A stretch of DNA of 64,000 nt. Origin: Lingula anatina (lineage: Eukaryota > Animalia > Brachiopoda). The notes beneath the pieces were generated by a model, which made no database searches, was not told the DNA's origin, and saw nothing but the letters and a program-made list of their open reading frames with translations. The position numbers and the translations under genes are program-made. Below are positions 41,137 through 54,900 of the stretch, one piece after another; position 1 is the stretch's first letter, and every line of letters begins with the position of its first letter. The stretch covers positions 32,054,001 through 32,118,000 of the forward strand of contig CM120642.1 in assembly GCA_051362555.1 (NCBI GenBank), read 5' to 3'.

Positions 41137-44100
41137 TCAGTTTTCCCCGTGGCAGACGACAACTTTTCCATCCTGATCTCCACCTGGCGGGCTGATGGTT
41201 ACATAGGAATACTGAAACGGGAGGGAAAGTTAAATCAAAGTTAATATAAAATGCTGATAACTTTTTATCAGTTTGCAAATGGGTAATGTTGAATAGTGCG
41301 GATGAACATCTTATGGGGAGAAAAAAGATGGCTTTATTAAAAAAAATGTTGAATAGTGCGGATGTACATCTTATGGGGAGAAAAAAAGATGGCTTTATTA
41401 AAAAAAGTCGAACTGATCCAGATTTAGTTGTGTTTTTAAGCGCAAGGCAACTTTAATTAGTATAATATAAAATGTAACTTTTTTTCAGCATATTACTTTT
41501 AATAACAAATATGTATTCAGTCCATTATTTACCTCTTTAGCACATTTAGTCCACGCCCCAGTGTTGGCATAAATAAGGTCATTCTTGGTGAAAGAATCTA
41601 TTTTCTCCAAAACCCAACGGTGTGTGTGTGCCAATACCACCACATCTTCTGCGCATGCGTACAGGAGTTTGTCATAATTCCCCATGGCGGCCTTTACCAT
41701 GTGGAACACTATGTCGTCGCCTCTCTGCGGGAAACAGCAATTTTTGAAAGATTTTAATGAAGTGTTGTGTATTTCGTTATGATATTACCGGTATATTACT
41801 CACTGTTTCCTACTTATCAGAGAAATGTAAGGTTGTAAAGGAAGCACTTGCAAAACAAATGGGGAAGCTATAGAAATGGCTTACCAATTTATTCAGCAGG
41901 CGAATGTAAGGATAGTTGAGGATGGTTCTCAGAGTCACAAATTTATCTTCGGCAATCACCAACTTCCATTCTCCGTCGAGTTTAGACGTGCCGAAGGCAC
42001 CCTCCATCAGATTTCTCGTTAGCTTCTTTTGCACAGTTGCTCCCGCAAGGATTCTGGACAGATCATCTTCCAGAGACTTGGGAATTGTTCGTAAGAGCCC
42101 CTGGAGGAAGCTCAACAGTAGATGTTCCACGTCGTGCATACCATCAAACCTTTGGCTGCTAGCGACGGCTCTGGCAACATAGTAACCCACAGGGTATCCA
42201 GCGATAAGTTCCCCAGTGTCGCGTAGTGCATACGAGTTGAAGAGATCCCAGTCATGGCCGTGTGCAAAACGGATGCGGTACTGGTTCCCGCCACCGTCGT
42301 TGATTTTATAGATAAGCGTTCCTTCAACAAATCGGACCTTGGGTCCAAAAAACTTTTGCACCATTTCTGCCGTTATTTCGTGATCATGGTTTCCTCGGAC
42401 GAAAAACACGTTGACATCCTTTTCATCAACCATGCGCCTGACCGAGCTGGTGAAATATTCCACCACTGGATCTGCCGTCCATTTCTTGGCTTGTTCTTCT
42501 ATGGTTGGCGGGACTTGGTGTATGTCGTCAAGCCACATCTCGAACACGTCGCCAAGCATCACGTACGTGTGGATGCGCTCATTGGTCAGCATTTGGTCCA
42601 TCTGGTACCGGACTTTGTCCGCCATTCCGTCTGACCAATAGCAGCTGAGGTGAATGTCGCTCATGACGTGGATCTCGCGTTTTTGGTTTTCTGGAGCGAT
42701 GGCGAACTCTACCTGGAATGTGGTTCATGAATATATTTGAATTTGAAAGATTAAAAAAAAATTATGTCAGGTTTCAATGGCAAATCTTAGCGTAATACAA
42801 GCAATGCTCATTGTGTAAACCGCGTGATTGTGTAAAACATTATTGAGAACTAAATTAAAAATCAAGAAAAATGCTCGTTAGCGACAGTTCATTGAATCAA
42901 GATTACAGGAATTTTTTAAGCCGGACACTGAACATAGTATGTCCATCTTACCTCCATCACTGGTTCGCTCGACGTCCCCAACGGGGTCATATACTCGAAC
43001 TCCACTTTTCGTTTGGCCCGCCAAACCTCCTTGTCCTTCTTGTATTCCTGAATATCCAATTGTTCGTTGGGATCCAATATGGCGGGCTCATTGTCTGCTG
43101 TGGATGGGAGAGGAATGTCGTCTGCCTCATATATGCTGAAATCGGCATCGCAGAATTCTGGAAGAACCTCTTTCCAGTTTCCAGGCGGCAGATCTTGGAT
43201 TGCTGTGACGACGGAACTATCGGAAACCAGGCGACATGTTTGGTCTATCATATTACAGATGTATGTTTTAGCTCCTGGCCCGCTTATCTGTGAGCTGTAC
43301 CGAAACTAAATGAAAAGTACAAAAATAAGTGATTGACAAAACTGTACAGAAATTTTGTGAAAGCAAATTGGTAAGCTTAAGAGGTTTTTTTCTCCTAGGA
43401 CATAGACACCGTTCAATAACTCTTAAAGATGCATATGAAGTCAATTTTTTGCCACAAAAACCAACCAGATGCCAGCATATAGTTTCAAATAGTATAACTA
43501 AGAGAATTACCAAAAGACACTGCTTAATATTACCCGAAAATGATATTTGAACGGATTTTTCTGCTAGCTTTTTATGTTATAGATACACGGAGCAGAAAAG
43601 TAGGTCACGTAAGTAGGTTAAATTTCTGACCAAAAATTTGAAGAAAGGGGCAGTCTAAAGTCTTTTATGGCTGATCCAGTGATTTGTTCAGTTTATTAAT
43701 TGGGATGTCGACTTTATTTGCGTCATATAAGAAACTAGTAGAAGTGGTTTTATATGTGTTACTGGGAATCCACGCTCCATCGATGCTCGGTTCATATGCA
43801 CCTTTAAACTTAGTAAGAAATTATAATATATCTTATATTCCAATATTTGTTTTTATACGTCCCGTAAAAGTCAAATCTGGCCATTTTTAGTATTTAGGAA
43901 TGCTGTATAGCACGTTGCAGCGTACTGGATGCTACAGATTCCACAATCTGTAATAATGGCCTGATAAACGTGATAACACCCACTTTGCCTGATGAAACAA
44001 TTAGGTTCAATCTGACACAGTTAAAAGTATGGTGTTATCAGTAATATATGAGGATTAATACACAACCAATGTTACCTTGTTGAGATCATAAACATTGAAT

Positions 44101-45275
44101 ACCTGTTATGGCGATTATAACTAAAAGAAGGGCGGAATTCGCGTCGTGTACCGAGGTCACGAGCCGTTCAACACTGTACATAGATACCAGCGATAGATTT
44201 ATAGTAACAGTTCGTCAGATTAAGGCGCGAAATCACGCTTATACCGGGGGTACTAAGCAACTATCAAATTATCGAAGTTACACTTTATGACATGTCCTAT
44301 GAACATGCACCTTTAAGACAGCTTTTAACTCGGATTTGTTATATATTTTCATTTTGCACAAATGCAAATTTGCAAAATGCTTGTTACTGATAAAATTGTT
44401 ATAAAGTTCATCAATTCATTTACGAAATAATGCTTTAAACGCATCTTAAAGAGAATGCTTGGGTCCTCACGACGATGGAAAGATAAATGGTAAGGGCCAG
44501 GATATCTCTCACTGTCAGGTAGACCAATTACACTCAGATTAAAGTTTTACAGCTGCTGCCTGTGTGAACTGACTACCGTAGTCCAGCGATACAAACACAT
44601 TTTGTGTCTCTATTTATTTGAATAACATGAACAAAACGTAAAGTGGAAACCTACATGCATTACGCCATTTCTGTCTAATGACTGTTCACGAATCGAAACT
44701 TTGCTTATCATTTACTAGTACATAATTTATCATATACAACAAACAAAATATACAGACAAACAAACAAACAAGGACTATGTACTATACACGGCCGTGGTTT
44801 AATTTCGAATACTGCCCAGTGTCTGAACATGCCGGTTTATACCTTAGCAGTGGATCGATTCTGGAAGAAACACTTCTTTATACTAAAAAACTTAACCTTT
44901 GCCTCAAACATCTGCTAGATGCATTTTGTCTGTGTAAACCTAACTAACATTTAATTCGTCTGGAAGGCCTTCCATTGCAAGCATTCGTATGTTCCACACT
45001 TTCTCCTCTACAGTTTAGGCCTATACAGTTCACTGAAACATTTACTTTTGCCCAGAACCATAAACTGGTTGCCATGTATCAGAAAAACCGATGGTGATCA
45101 ACGGTGATATCTGATAGTGATACTATCGAACCAACTGTATCAAACGGCTCATAGACTATTTACTGTCTACCTTTTCGGGTTGTTTCGCATCTCCTCCAGT
45201 CGAATTCCTTGATTGGCCATTCTTTCCATCTGCAGACGGTCTGACATCAACCACCTTAGACTCCTGACAACCCAT
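41137..45275 (-). CDS. Calcineurin-like metallophosphoesterase resembling LpxH (UDP-2,3-diacylglucosamine diphosphatase) family proteins, with N-terminal MGC acylation motif; 6 predicted exons
   Basis: Exons: ~45171-45275 (MGCQESKVVDVRP...QPEK), a tentative 27-nt exon ~44076-44102 (VFNVYDLNK), ~42953-43306, ~41885-42712, ~41533-41724 and 41137-41211 (YSYVTISPPGGDQDGKVVVCHGEN-TGA). All junctions are phase 0. Motifs: MSDIH, MLGDVFEMWLDD, VRGNHD, AHGHDWD, LAHTH and YANTGAW. Confidence 0.82.
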
Positions 45276-46270
45276 GATGCTGTCCACAGCGGAGCAGACG
45301 CTTGCCACTGAACCTCCAATATATACAGCCAAAACAAGACCACGTCGCCCCTGTACTAAATAGTTGTGTTCACAACGTCACCCTTATCTGGGCATACGAT
45401 TAATGGGGTCTATTAAGTTGACTAATATCTCAAGTCCCCTTATATTAGTTGCACGACATCAGTGAACTTGTGTTTTTAGCGCGTCTCCCCATTTCCGCTA
45501 ACAGGGGCTAGCTATAATATAAGAAAGCCGACTTTGGAGAGAACTGGGTAAATCTCCAGTCCAGTGTGAGCGCTGCTTTTCTCTCTGAAACCCTCTGCTT
45601 TTTAACGGACGCGGTGCCCTTTTCAGGTCCCTCACGTGCTGTGATAACAGAAAATCAGGGGGAGGGGGAGGTGGGGTGGGGGTTGGGGTAATATTATGCT
45701 TGTTGTTTAATACCATTTGTAGGTAAAACAGAATTTAGGTGTATGCCATAATTGCTTGGTGTTACATATATACTGGAAAGCAATGAGTCTGTATAAGAGT
45801 GTCTAATTGCTACAGATATATTTTCCAGGTCAGATGATTTGCAGCAGCTGGGTAGTTTATTTTATATAAATAAAGCAAAATCTTATCTGGATGGATAACA
45901 CGACTTGTTTTACTTCCTATACGGCAACCGCTCGTTATAGAGAAAATTATTTTTAAAACTGCCCAATGTTTGTGATATCACTAGCCACAACACTGTTTCA
46001 TTTGACAGCATTCCATTAGCTACGAGATTGTCGCTATTTGCTCACTGCTATGCACACAGATATTTGACGGGCGTTCACAGTTCTAGCGAAATCCTAATTC
46101 AAGTAACCGTCCATTTACCGCCAATATTTGCCTTCAAAACAGGGGTTATATAAGACTGCCATTACTGTTAAGAACGTCGAGTTGTTAACTTTCAGGAAAA
46201 ACTTAAGCACTTTTGGTATTTTCTTCCGCAAGTGCCACAATCTTGTTCCTTGGTTTCAATGCTATGACAA

Positions 46271-46301
<31 letters not shown>

Positions 46302-48954
46302 ACAATGCATAATACCACTTAAATGCGGCGTTGTGTGTACCTTTGCTCAAATATTAACCTCATATCATAACTGTTGAGAGACTACGCAGATAAGATTAAC
46401 GGATAAGATTAAGTGCTTTCAATCACACGATTCCGGACGCATTGCATCAGGTGTTCTAGTACTAGTGTAATTTGCTGAGCTCTCCTATATTACCCATTCT
46501 CTATCTTTTAACCAGCCATTGTTTTCATTGTCAGGTGAAATTGATTGATACTTTATATTATGGATAATGTGCTTTGTTGAAAACCTTGAATTTGGCATAA
46601 GGCATCTTTTCAAATGAGGACCAGGCTTGAATCTCGATTCAATGGTGACATTTAAGCGACACGTTTTCTTAAAATTTAAATCTCAATGAATGATTCTATT
46701 GATTACAAATACTTTTGGAGCTGATCCACAAAAGTTAGATGAAAATTCAGCTGGCAAATACAGCGTTTCTGAGTACAGCATGGTGTCCAGGACCTTCTCC
46801 TAAAACTAGGACCTTATGTTTGATGGGCCCTAGTTTATACAGATAACAATTCCGTTCAGATTTTGTGAATATCTTTAAAAATTATAGTCCATTGCTTGAG
46901 AGGAGACATGCCTGAACCCTACCGCCTGGATAAAAGCACAGCAACCGCAATCCAATTTTGCTTTGGTACTTGACGTCCATTCAAAAACTTCATTAACCAG
47001 TGTTAGCACATTGATGCAGATAAATAGGGATTTAACTGGTCCAAGCAACTTGGATTATAGGGAAAAAATCTTAATTATAGCTAAGATCTAATAAACGGTT
47101 TATTAGATCTTAGATTATAGATAAAACAATTTTGCAAGGAAGAAAATTAAAACGCCTTCTTAAACCGAGTACTTTTTTAAAATCAATTGTGGACTTCCTT
47201 ACACGGAGAACAAAACAACAGAAGCCACATATTGGTATGAAATGCGTATAAAATTTATTTCCATGTGACGTAAAATAATCCTACACGATGTACTGACAAC
47301 CAGTCATTCCTATGGCATGCCTCCTACAGCGTCTTGCAACGGACGCCAGAAGACCCCAGTACTAGTACACTACTCTAACAGCGTCCCAGCCACTTCACCC
47401 GAGACAGGTGTTCTGGAACCCTGACAGTAAGTTACACTTTGTGTTTCTTCTTCTACTTCTTTGACACAATTCTCAATTACCACGACACTTAAATACAGAA
47501 AATATTACGAAAACCTTCATTCGAGCCAATTATAAAGCTCTCTTATTTAAATACACTGTTTCTGTGGACTTCACCTTCTAACTTGAATAAATTTACAATG
47601 GCACCAGTAGAAAATGACTTGTATTCATGTATGTTTGTATGTATACCAAGTTCACCACAAGCACATGTAAAGCTGCTTTTTGTTTTTCTTTAATACGAGA
47701 TCAGGCACTTAGACCACACGAAATAGAAAAGGCACGCCTCCCCACACAATTCAAACCCGTGTCTCGATTTCCACGTGTCATGGGAAAGGAGGCTCGTAAC
47801 AAAATATACACAAATGAAGAAAAAATTGAACTATTCGATGTGGATATGCAGGGTCTATAATTTTCAATTGCTTATCTTATGTACAGGCTAATAAATTGAA
47901 ATACTGACTTCACAAATGAATGAAACACATGGCATTGTGCCGATATTCAGCCATCCAAAATATACAATTTGGATAGGTATGCATGCTTTTAAACTAAAAA
48001 TGACCAATATTCCCACTACAAAGAACAAAACACTTATCTGTACACATTAACTTCACTTAAATATTCTTTGGTCCACTTTCTAAATAGCTCCACAAACTAG
48101 CCTCTATTTCAACATTTCAGATTGATACATTGAACAATATTTGTTATTTAAACATTCTGTGCATTTTGCTTTGATACAGAGCTTGGTTGAAGATTGAAAA
48201 AGCAAACACAAATATGATGTGTTGATAAAATACATACAGCAATGGAACTGTACAAAATGCATTGTGTGCATCTGCATAGGTCACCTGAAGAGAGCTCATA
48301 GAGCTCCTCACGAAGGCAATGTTCATTAATCAGTTAAATGCACCAGATACAAATCTAGACCTATATAATCATATTATACAAATACCTGTCTTTATTTGTC
48401 ATCTGTGCTCACAAGAGCACTTCTAAACCTCAGCACCAGTATTGCATTTCAAATGTTGCAGTGGAAGATGCCATGACAGTGGTTGCTATGGTAACTGACA
48501 ATGGCATAGCAACGATTCTTACAGAATAACTGTAACCATGCCAACAGTGACCAAGGCATCTGATGCTACACCACCGTAAACAAATTATGTCTCTTTAAGG
48601 CAACCTCATTTTACTTCATTGGAATAACAACTGTACAATTCTAAAATGGTCTTTAAAAGTACGATTTCCTAGCTACTTCCTGAATTGTAAAATGATAATC
48701 TTCAGCTCTCTAGATATTGAATGCTGTTGTACTGTTGTCCAAAGGACCCAAGTCCACACTAGAGATACAAAGTCATACACTTTAAAACTTACACAACATG
48801 TGACATTGATTGTATCCAACATAAAACACTGAAAAAAACAAAAACTGTTGGATTTCTCAGAATGCTAGTGACATGACTGAGATTTTCAGCTCAGTAATTT
48901 ATAATCAAAGGACACCTTAACCTTGTTCAGCAGGTTTCAATGGCAGCAATGTTG

Positions 48955-51900
48955 TCACACTTGAGTGTGCAAATGTGCGTTGGACATCTTAGATGAGATA
49001 TTATCGTCACTATCATTGTCACTGAGGTTAATTTCGCTGTCCTCTATTTCACACAGTCCTGAGATGTCAGACATGGAGGCGTTAGTTGATGTATAGCCAC
49101 CCATCGACACACTCATGTCATCCACAGCCGAGGCTGCGGATTGGTCATAGTCCGTGTAATAATCCATGGGGAAACGTCTTGGCACATTGGGGAAACCGTA
49201 TTGAACATTATTGTCACCTGCAGCCATATTGTTCTGAGGCTCCCGAGGGGGTTCGGGCCAGCGATCGTGATCTCCATTCCCATCCACATTATAGTTGGGA
49301 AGGTACTGGTTGGGGTGGAGATTGTAATTCAGCTGCCCAGGTTGGTAATTATCGTCATAATTCAATTCTCCCTGTAACTGTAAGATTTGCTCAAAATTGG
49401 GAGGTTCAGGGAAATCTAAATTGTCATCATTGTCATCAAACTCGTCATCATCGTCGTCATCCTCATTCTCAGCATATTCCGAGTCTCCCACATATTCTGA
49501 ATCATATTCTGGGAATTCTGAATCATAGGGGTACTGGTTGCTGTACTGCATGGGTGGGTTGCTTCCAGAGGCCTCATTGGCTATCACAGTGTTGGAGCCT
49601 CCGCTTTGGTTACTCCTGCTACTGGAGGCTGGAGAGTCTGGGACTTCCTTCATAGGCACTTCTGTGATGTTAGGTAATGCTGGGTTAGGGGCCCAGTCTG
49701 AGGCATCCCAGTGGTAACCTGGCAACAGAGAAGACATGTTGAATGAGGAATGCTGGGATAATGATAGTGTCAGGTGAGAAAATGTGGAACATTTCCTAGT
49801 TCCCTTTCAATGATAACTGTCATGTGCTTTTTTTTATCATGAACGAGTGCATTTGTGAACTTCCAGACAGGAAAGAAAAGACTTAACAACAATCATTAAC
49901 AAAAACTAGTGATTTTAGAGAATATTTAACATGTAAAGCTACATATTCATGAGACAAGAATATAGAAAGTTAAGATACAAAATAACATATTCAGCTTGCA
50001 TGAAATAATATCATTCATGAAGAAACTAGTTTTACTTCCGGTTATCAGAAGCTAATATTGGATAAATGATCAGGGCATGCATTGTGATACCACATGCTTT
50101 GCACCCCACTGTTATTAGATGTTTTAGGAAAGAAATGAAAAAATCATTCTGATAGGAACAGACTTAAGTTTTGATAAACATGTTGCTTGTATTATACTGC
50201 TGATATGGTAAGCCTCATTTAAAGATTTTTGGTTGGAAAATATAATTCAATCATTCTGAAACCTGTTCCTTTTTAACATGGCTAAATTTTAGTGAGGTCA
50301 ATAATAATTATTGTTTGTTCTGCTTGGCATTATGAATCTTCTTGAACAATAAAGAATCATATTTGTGCCTCCACTGTGGCTGGAAAAAAACAGTCATGCA
50401 ATTATATTCCAGTTCCCTTCACAGGCAAGTGGTTCTCTTTGCGTTAAGTGTGATCCCCCCATTGTGTTAGATGTGATCCCATTGTGTTAAGTGTGATCCC
50501 ATTGTGTTAGGTGTGACCCCATTGCGTTAGGTGTGATCCCACAGTGCATACCATGGTCAATATAGTTATCATCACAGAAATCACAATTGTTGCCGTGAAA
50601 GGATCTGCTGTCAATATTCAGAGTAACATGCACTGCTTCTATGATGTGGTGATTGCTATATTGGGCATGCTGTGTACTTATTAATTTTCCTCAATATATC
50701 TCTAATAGATATGTCAATTGATATCTGTATATCATATAACTGGTGGTAATCCTAAGGCCATATGTCTACGGATATATGTGCTCTTGCTGTTATGTGAAAC
50801 TCCTACAGGAATATTGCTATGTTTTAAAAACTTATAACTTCTTTCAACTCAAGGGGAGGTACATAAACGGATAGGACAAAATACAAAATATGATTCACAA
50901 ACACCACCTCACTATAGGCCACCACACTTGGACTCAAGTGACGAGGGGAAGGGGATCTAAAATCAACTTATGTTTGACACCAGTTGGAAAATAAAACCAA
51001 ATTCCATCAAAACCAGATAACATCACGATGCAATAAAATATATGCATATCATAAAGAAAAATTGTATGATTATAGACAAAAACACATGCACATGTCAAAG
51101 AAAAAATAGATAGTCAACCAATCACATGATAGCCAGGTAATGCAGAATTGCTTTTAGTACTTAAATGATTATATTAAAGAAACAGATTCTATACATATTT
51201 TTCTTCTATGCATCAGCAACAGAGCCCAATCCCATACTGATAGAAGGAAGGAGTAATGGACGAAAAAAGAGAAAGGACTGTACATAAAGCTTTATTTGAA
51301 ATACAAAATTCTAAAGTAAGAAAATTCCTTAAAGGGGATAGAAATTTTATGAAAATAAAGAAGGCCCAAACCACTTTTGGTTTTACTCATATATGATTTC
51401 ACTCATTCTTTTCTACTTTCTGCTGTAATATATAATAACAATTTTTAAAAATAAATAAAAATAATATGTTGGCAAAGGGATTTTTGGTGGTTAAAACAAA
51501 CAGGAGGGAAGAAAGAACACTGAAACTAATGCACAGAAGACATCTACAACAAGATGAGTGTAAGTGTTCAGTGGGTCCGCTACCACTAGGGGGCGCTACC
51601 ACTAGAGGGTGCAGGAAAATACCTCTCTTCCCACGATTGGCTGCCGTAAAGGAACGAAGATTTGCACGCGTTAGATTTGAGATTGCTACAAGAAAGAAAT
51701 GGTCATGACAGTTGAACAATCTTAACTATATACACTAAGAGTTATATCATATACTAATACTAGCCACCATCTTCTTCAGCTATAGCTAGGACATTCCAAT
51801 ATGTCCTTCTACACCAGGCCTTTATGACTAGTATGCTGCAAGAAATAATGCATTAACCTCTCTTTCTCATGGATTTCCCCCATACTGTAACATGACATAT

Positions 51901-54900
51901 ACTATAAGAAGTACCATACCATCTCTAGCTAAATAGTGCATGCAACATCCAATATACATTTATTTTCTACTCAAGTTGTAGAATCTATACTTGTGGAGAA
52001 TTCAGAGTTCACAAAGTTCATAATATTTAACCATTTACATTACAAGGTAATAAAACTGAGCCATAAAAGGACATCTTTCTTACTTTCACTGAAAATATCT
52101 TCTTCTTATAACTTATAATATAAAGACATTCACATAAATATAATAAGAAACCTGAATCCAATATACAAAGTGCCCACCATGCTTCTCTCAAGTAATCCAT
52201 ACACTATAACCATGACATATCAAAAGTCATTTCAAGCATACAATGATACAATGCATAATTTCCAAACATTTCAAACTGTGCCCACAAGAGAGAGAGAGGA
52301 GGAACAAGATATCACATCAAGAGAGTATTGTACAACACTGCAAAGGAACTGAATACATCCTAATCTATTTTCCTGGTACAAATGGCAGATTATGATAAAT
52401 TCCATATTGAAATACTCAAAATAAAAACACTGAGCACCAGTTTCTAAACAAGTGATCAAAAGTTAAGTATTGGGCTATTTTGATGTATGATTTGCACAAT
52501 TCCCCAGTTTGCACAATACAATACAATACATAGAAGAGCATGCCTCATGATGGTGATCAGAAAATAGGGAAAGAATTTACAAAATGTGCACAAGATAAAT
52601 TACAGTCCAGAAACTTTTTTAACTGTTCAAAAAAAAGTAAAAAATATAAAATAGTGCAAAGCAAAGGTAGTACGTGAGATGGAAAATTTCAGAAACATTT
52701 TATGCTGAAAAACAGTGATCTACGCTCCAGACACACTCTTCAGCTTACAAATACATATCTTTAATAATCTACCTATAATTCTTTTCAACACACAAACAAA
52801 ACACAGAGATCCAACTCATTAAGTGAAAGAGTACTTTTTCTAACAGGAATTGGCAAGGAGGATTATAGGATAAGCTAAACTAACAACCTGATTGCCTTGA
52901 AGTCAAGTTTACATATATTCCTAATATTAACCTTGGACAACAACCAGTTCAAATAGTTGTAAGACATGGATATGAATGAGAAACCAAACACACAACAAGT
53001 CCCATTCAAGACCAGGATGACAATACCACCTGTACTATATCTACTAAACATTTAATGTCCAATACAAATAATGAAAGCCACCCCAACCTATATATATATA
53101 AATATCAGTATATCTGCAAGGTTCCTTCAAGCTGCTGATCCTATATGTATCCCATTACAATGTATAAAATATTTGTTAAAGAATACCTACAAATATTTAT
53201 AAATTTTATCTATAATATGACAATGTTTAAATTTATCAACACTGTATCAATACATATCAACATTGTATCAATTCATATCAATGCAGTATCAATACATATC
53301 AACACTGTATCAATACATATCTACACTGTATCAATACATCTCAACATTGTATCAATACATCTCAACATTGTATCAATACATACCCATCTCATCCTCAGAC
53401 TCCTGCAGACTGCTCATAGAGCCAGGGCCTGCATCCTGGAACTGCTGCCTGGCCTGCTGGAGCGCCGTTAGTCTGCTGTCAGTACTGCTCTTGGGGTCAC
53501 CTGGACAGAGATGAGGGGAAAATGAATTCAGAAACTAGAGGATCAGAGAGGCGATACCGCCTCCAGATATTGTACCACCAGCTGGAGTAAGCGCATTCGT
53601 ATGGACCCCCCCCCCTCCTAAAAGGGACACCATCACCAGTCTGGTGTTTGACAAGCTCTATAAGATGCAATCAACAAGAGTTCTCAAAATATGCAAAAAA
53701 TATAACTAAAAATGATACAATCAAGCAGATTTTCAAATTGACTTGCATTTTCCTACCCTTGCTCACTACTGTATTCTCTAGACAAAAGGCCTATTGGTTT
53801 TCCTTGAAATGTGTTGTCAATGGTGCATATATGCTGACAAAAGAGAAAACCTAGGGGAAACAATGGGCACATCTCTGCTAGATTTAAAGATATGAGAGGC
53901 AAGAAAATATGCAAAGCTCAGTTCATGGTGAAAAAGTAGGTCAAAGGTCAATTTCAATATCATAGTATATGAATTTCTATTCAAGTTCAATAGCAACCAT
54001 GGACATTTCTTTGCCAATTTTGCAGATTTAAAGGCCAGAAAACATGCAAAAAGCAGTTCATCATAAAAAGTAGGTCAAAGGTCAATTTCAAGGTCACAGA
54101 TTGCTAGTGTATTACTTCCTATTCAAGTTCAATAGTAACTATGGACCTATCTGTCAGTTTTGAAGATAAAGGTGAACGAAAATTTGCTAAGTTCAGTTCA
54201 TAGTAAAAGGAAGGTCAAAGGTCAATTTAAAGGTCAGAGTAAATTGCCAGTTCATGACTTCCTATTTAAGTTCAATAGTAACTATGGACCTATCTCTGCC
54301 AGTTTTGGAGATTAAAGGGAACAAAAATTGGCAAAGTTCAATTCATGGTGAAAAGTAGGTCAAAGGTCAATTTTAAGGTCACTGATTAATTGCCAGTATG
54401 TGACTTCCTATTCAAGTTTAATAGTGACTATGGACCTATCTCTGCCAGTTTTGGAGATTAAAGGGAACAAAAATTGGCAAAGTTCAATTCATGGTGAAAA
54501 GTAGGTCAAAGGTCAATTTTAAGGTCACTGTTAAATTGCCAGTATGTGACTTCCTATTCAAGTTCAATAGTAACTATTGACCTATCTCTGCCAGTTTTGG
54601 AGATAAAAGGGAACAAAAATTTGCAAAGTTCAGTTCATGGTGAAAAGTAGGTCAAAGGTCAATTTCAAGCTCACATCTAGATTGCAAGTAAATGACTTCC
54701 TATTCAACTTAAATAATAACTATTGACCTATCTCTGCCAGTTTTGGAGATATAAGGGACTAAATGTTACAATTCTGAGTTACAAAAATGTGCCACCACAA
54801 AGTACTTTTTAATACAGCATAACACGAAAACCGTATGAAATACAAAAAAACGGAGACCACTCTCAGTGTTGGGCTTTACATGCTCTACAAAATGCAAAAA

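Noticed and set aside
41810-42664. Bacterial contamination or misassembly as the source of the LpxH-like ORF
   Set aside because: The catalytic motifs are split by canonical phase-consistent spliceosomal introns, and the flanks are typical host DNA.
41916-43309. Several plus-strand ORFs of 66-140 aa
   Set aside because: Antisense shadows of the metallophosphoesterase exons, with no recognisable motifs.
45500-47200. Possible gene in the gap between the phosphoesterase and the FAT 3'UTR
   Set aside because: No credible spliceable coding exons or RNA gene motifs were recognised.
53915-54760. Regularly spaced repeats that might suggest a CRISPR array
   Set aside because: The whole unit repeats with no unique spacers, there are no cas genes, and the context is a eukaryotic intron. 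It is a TE-internal satellite.
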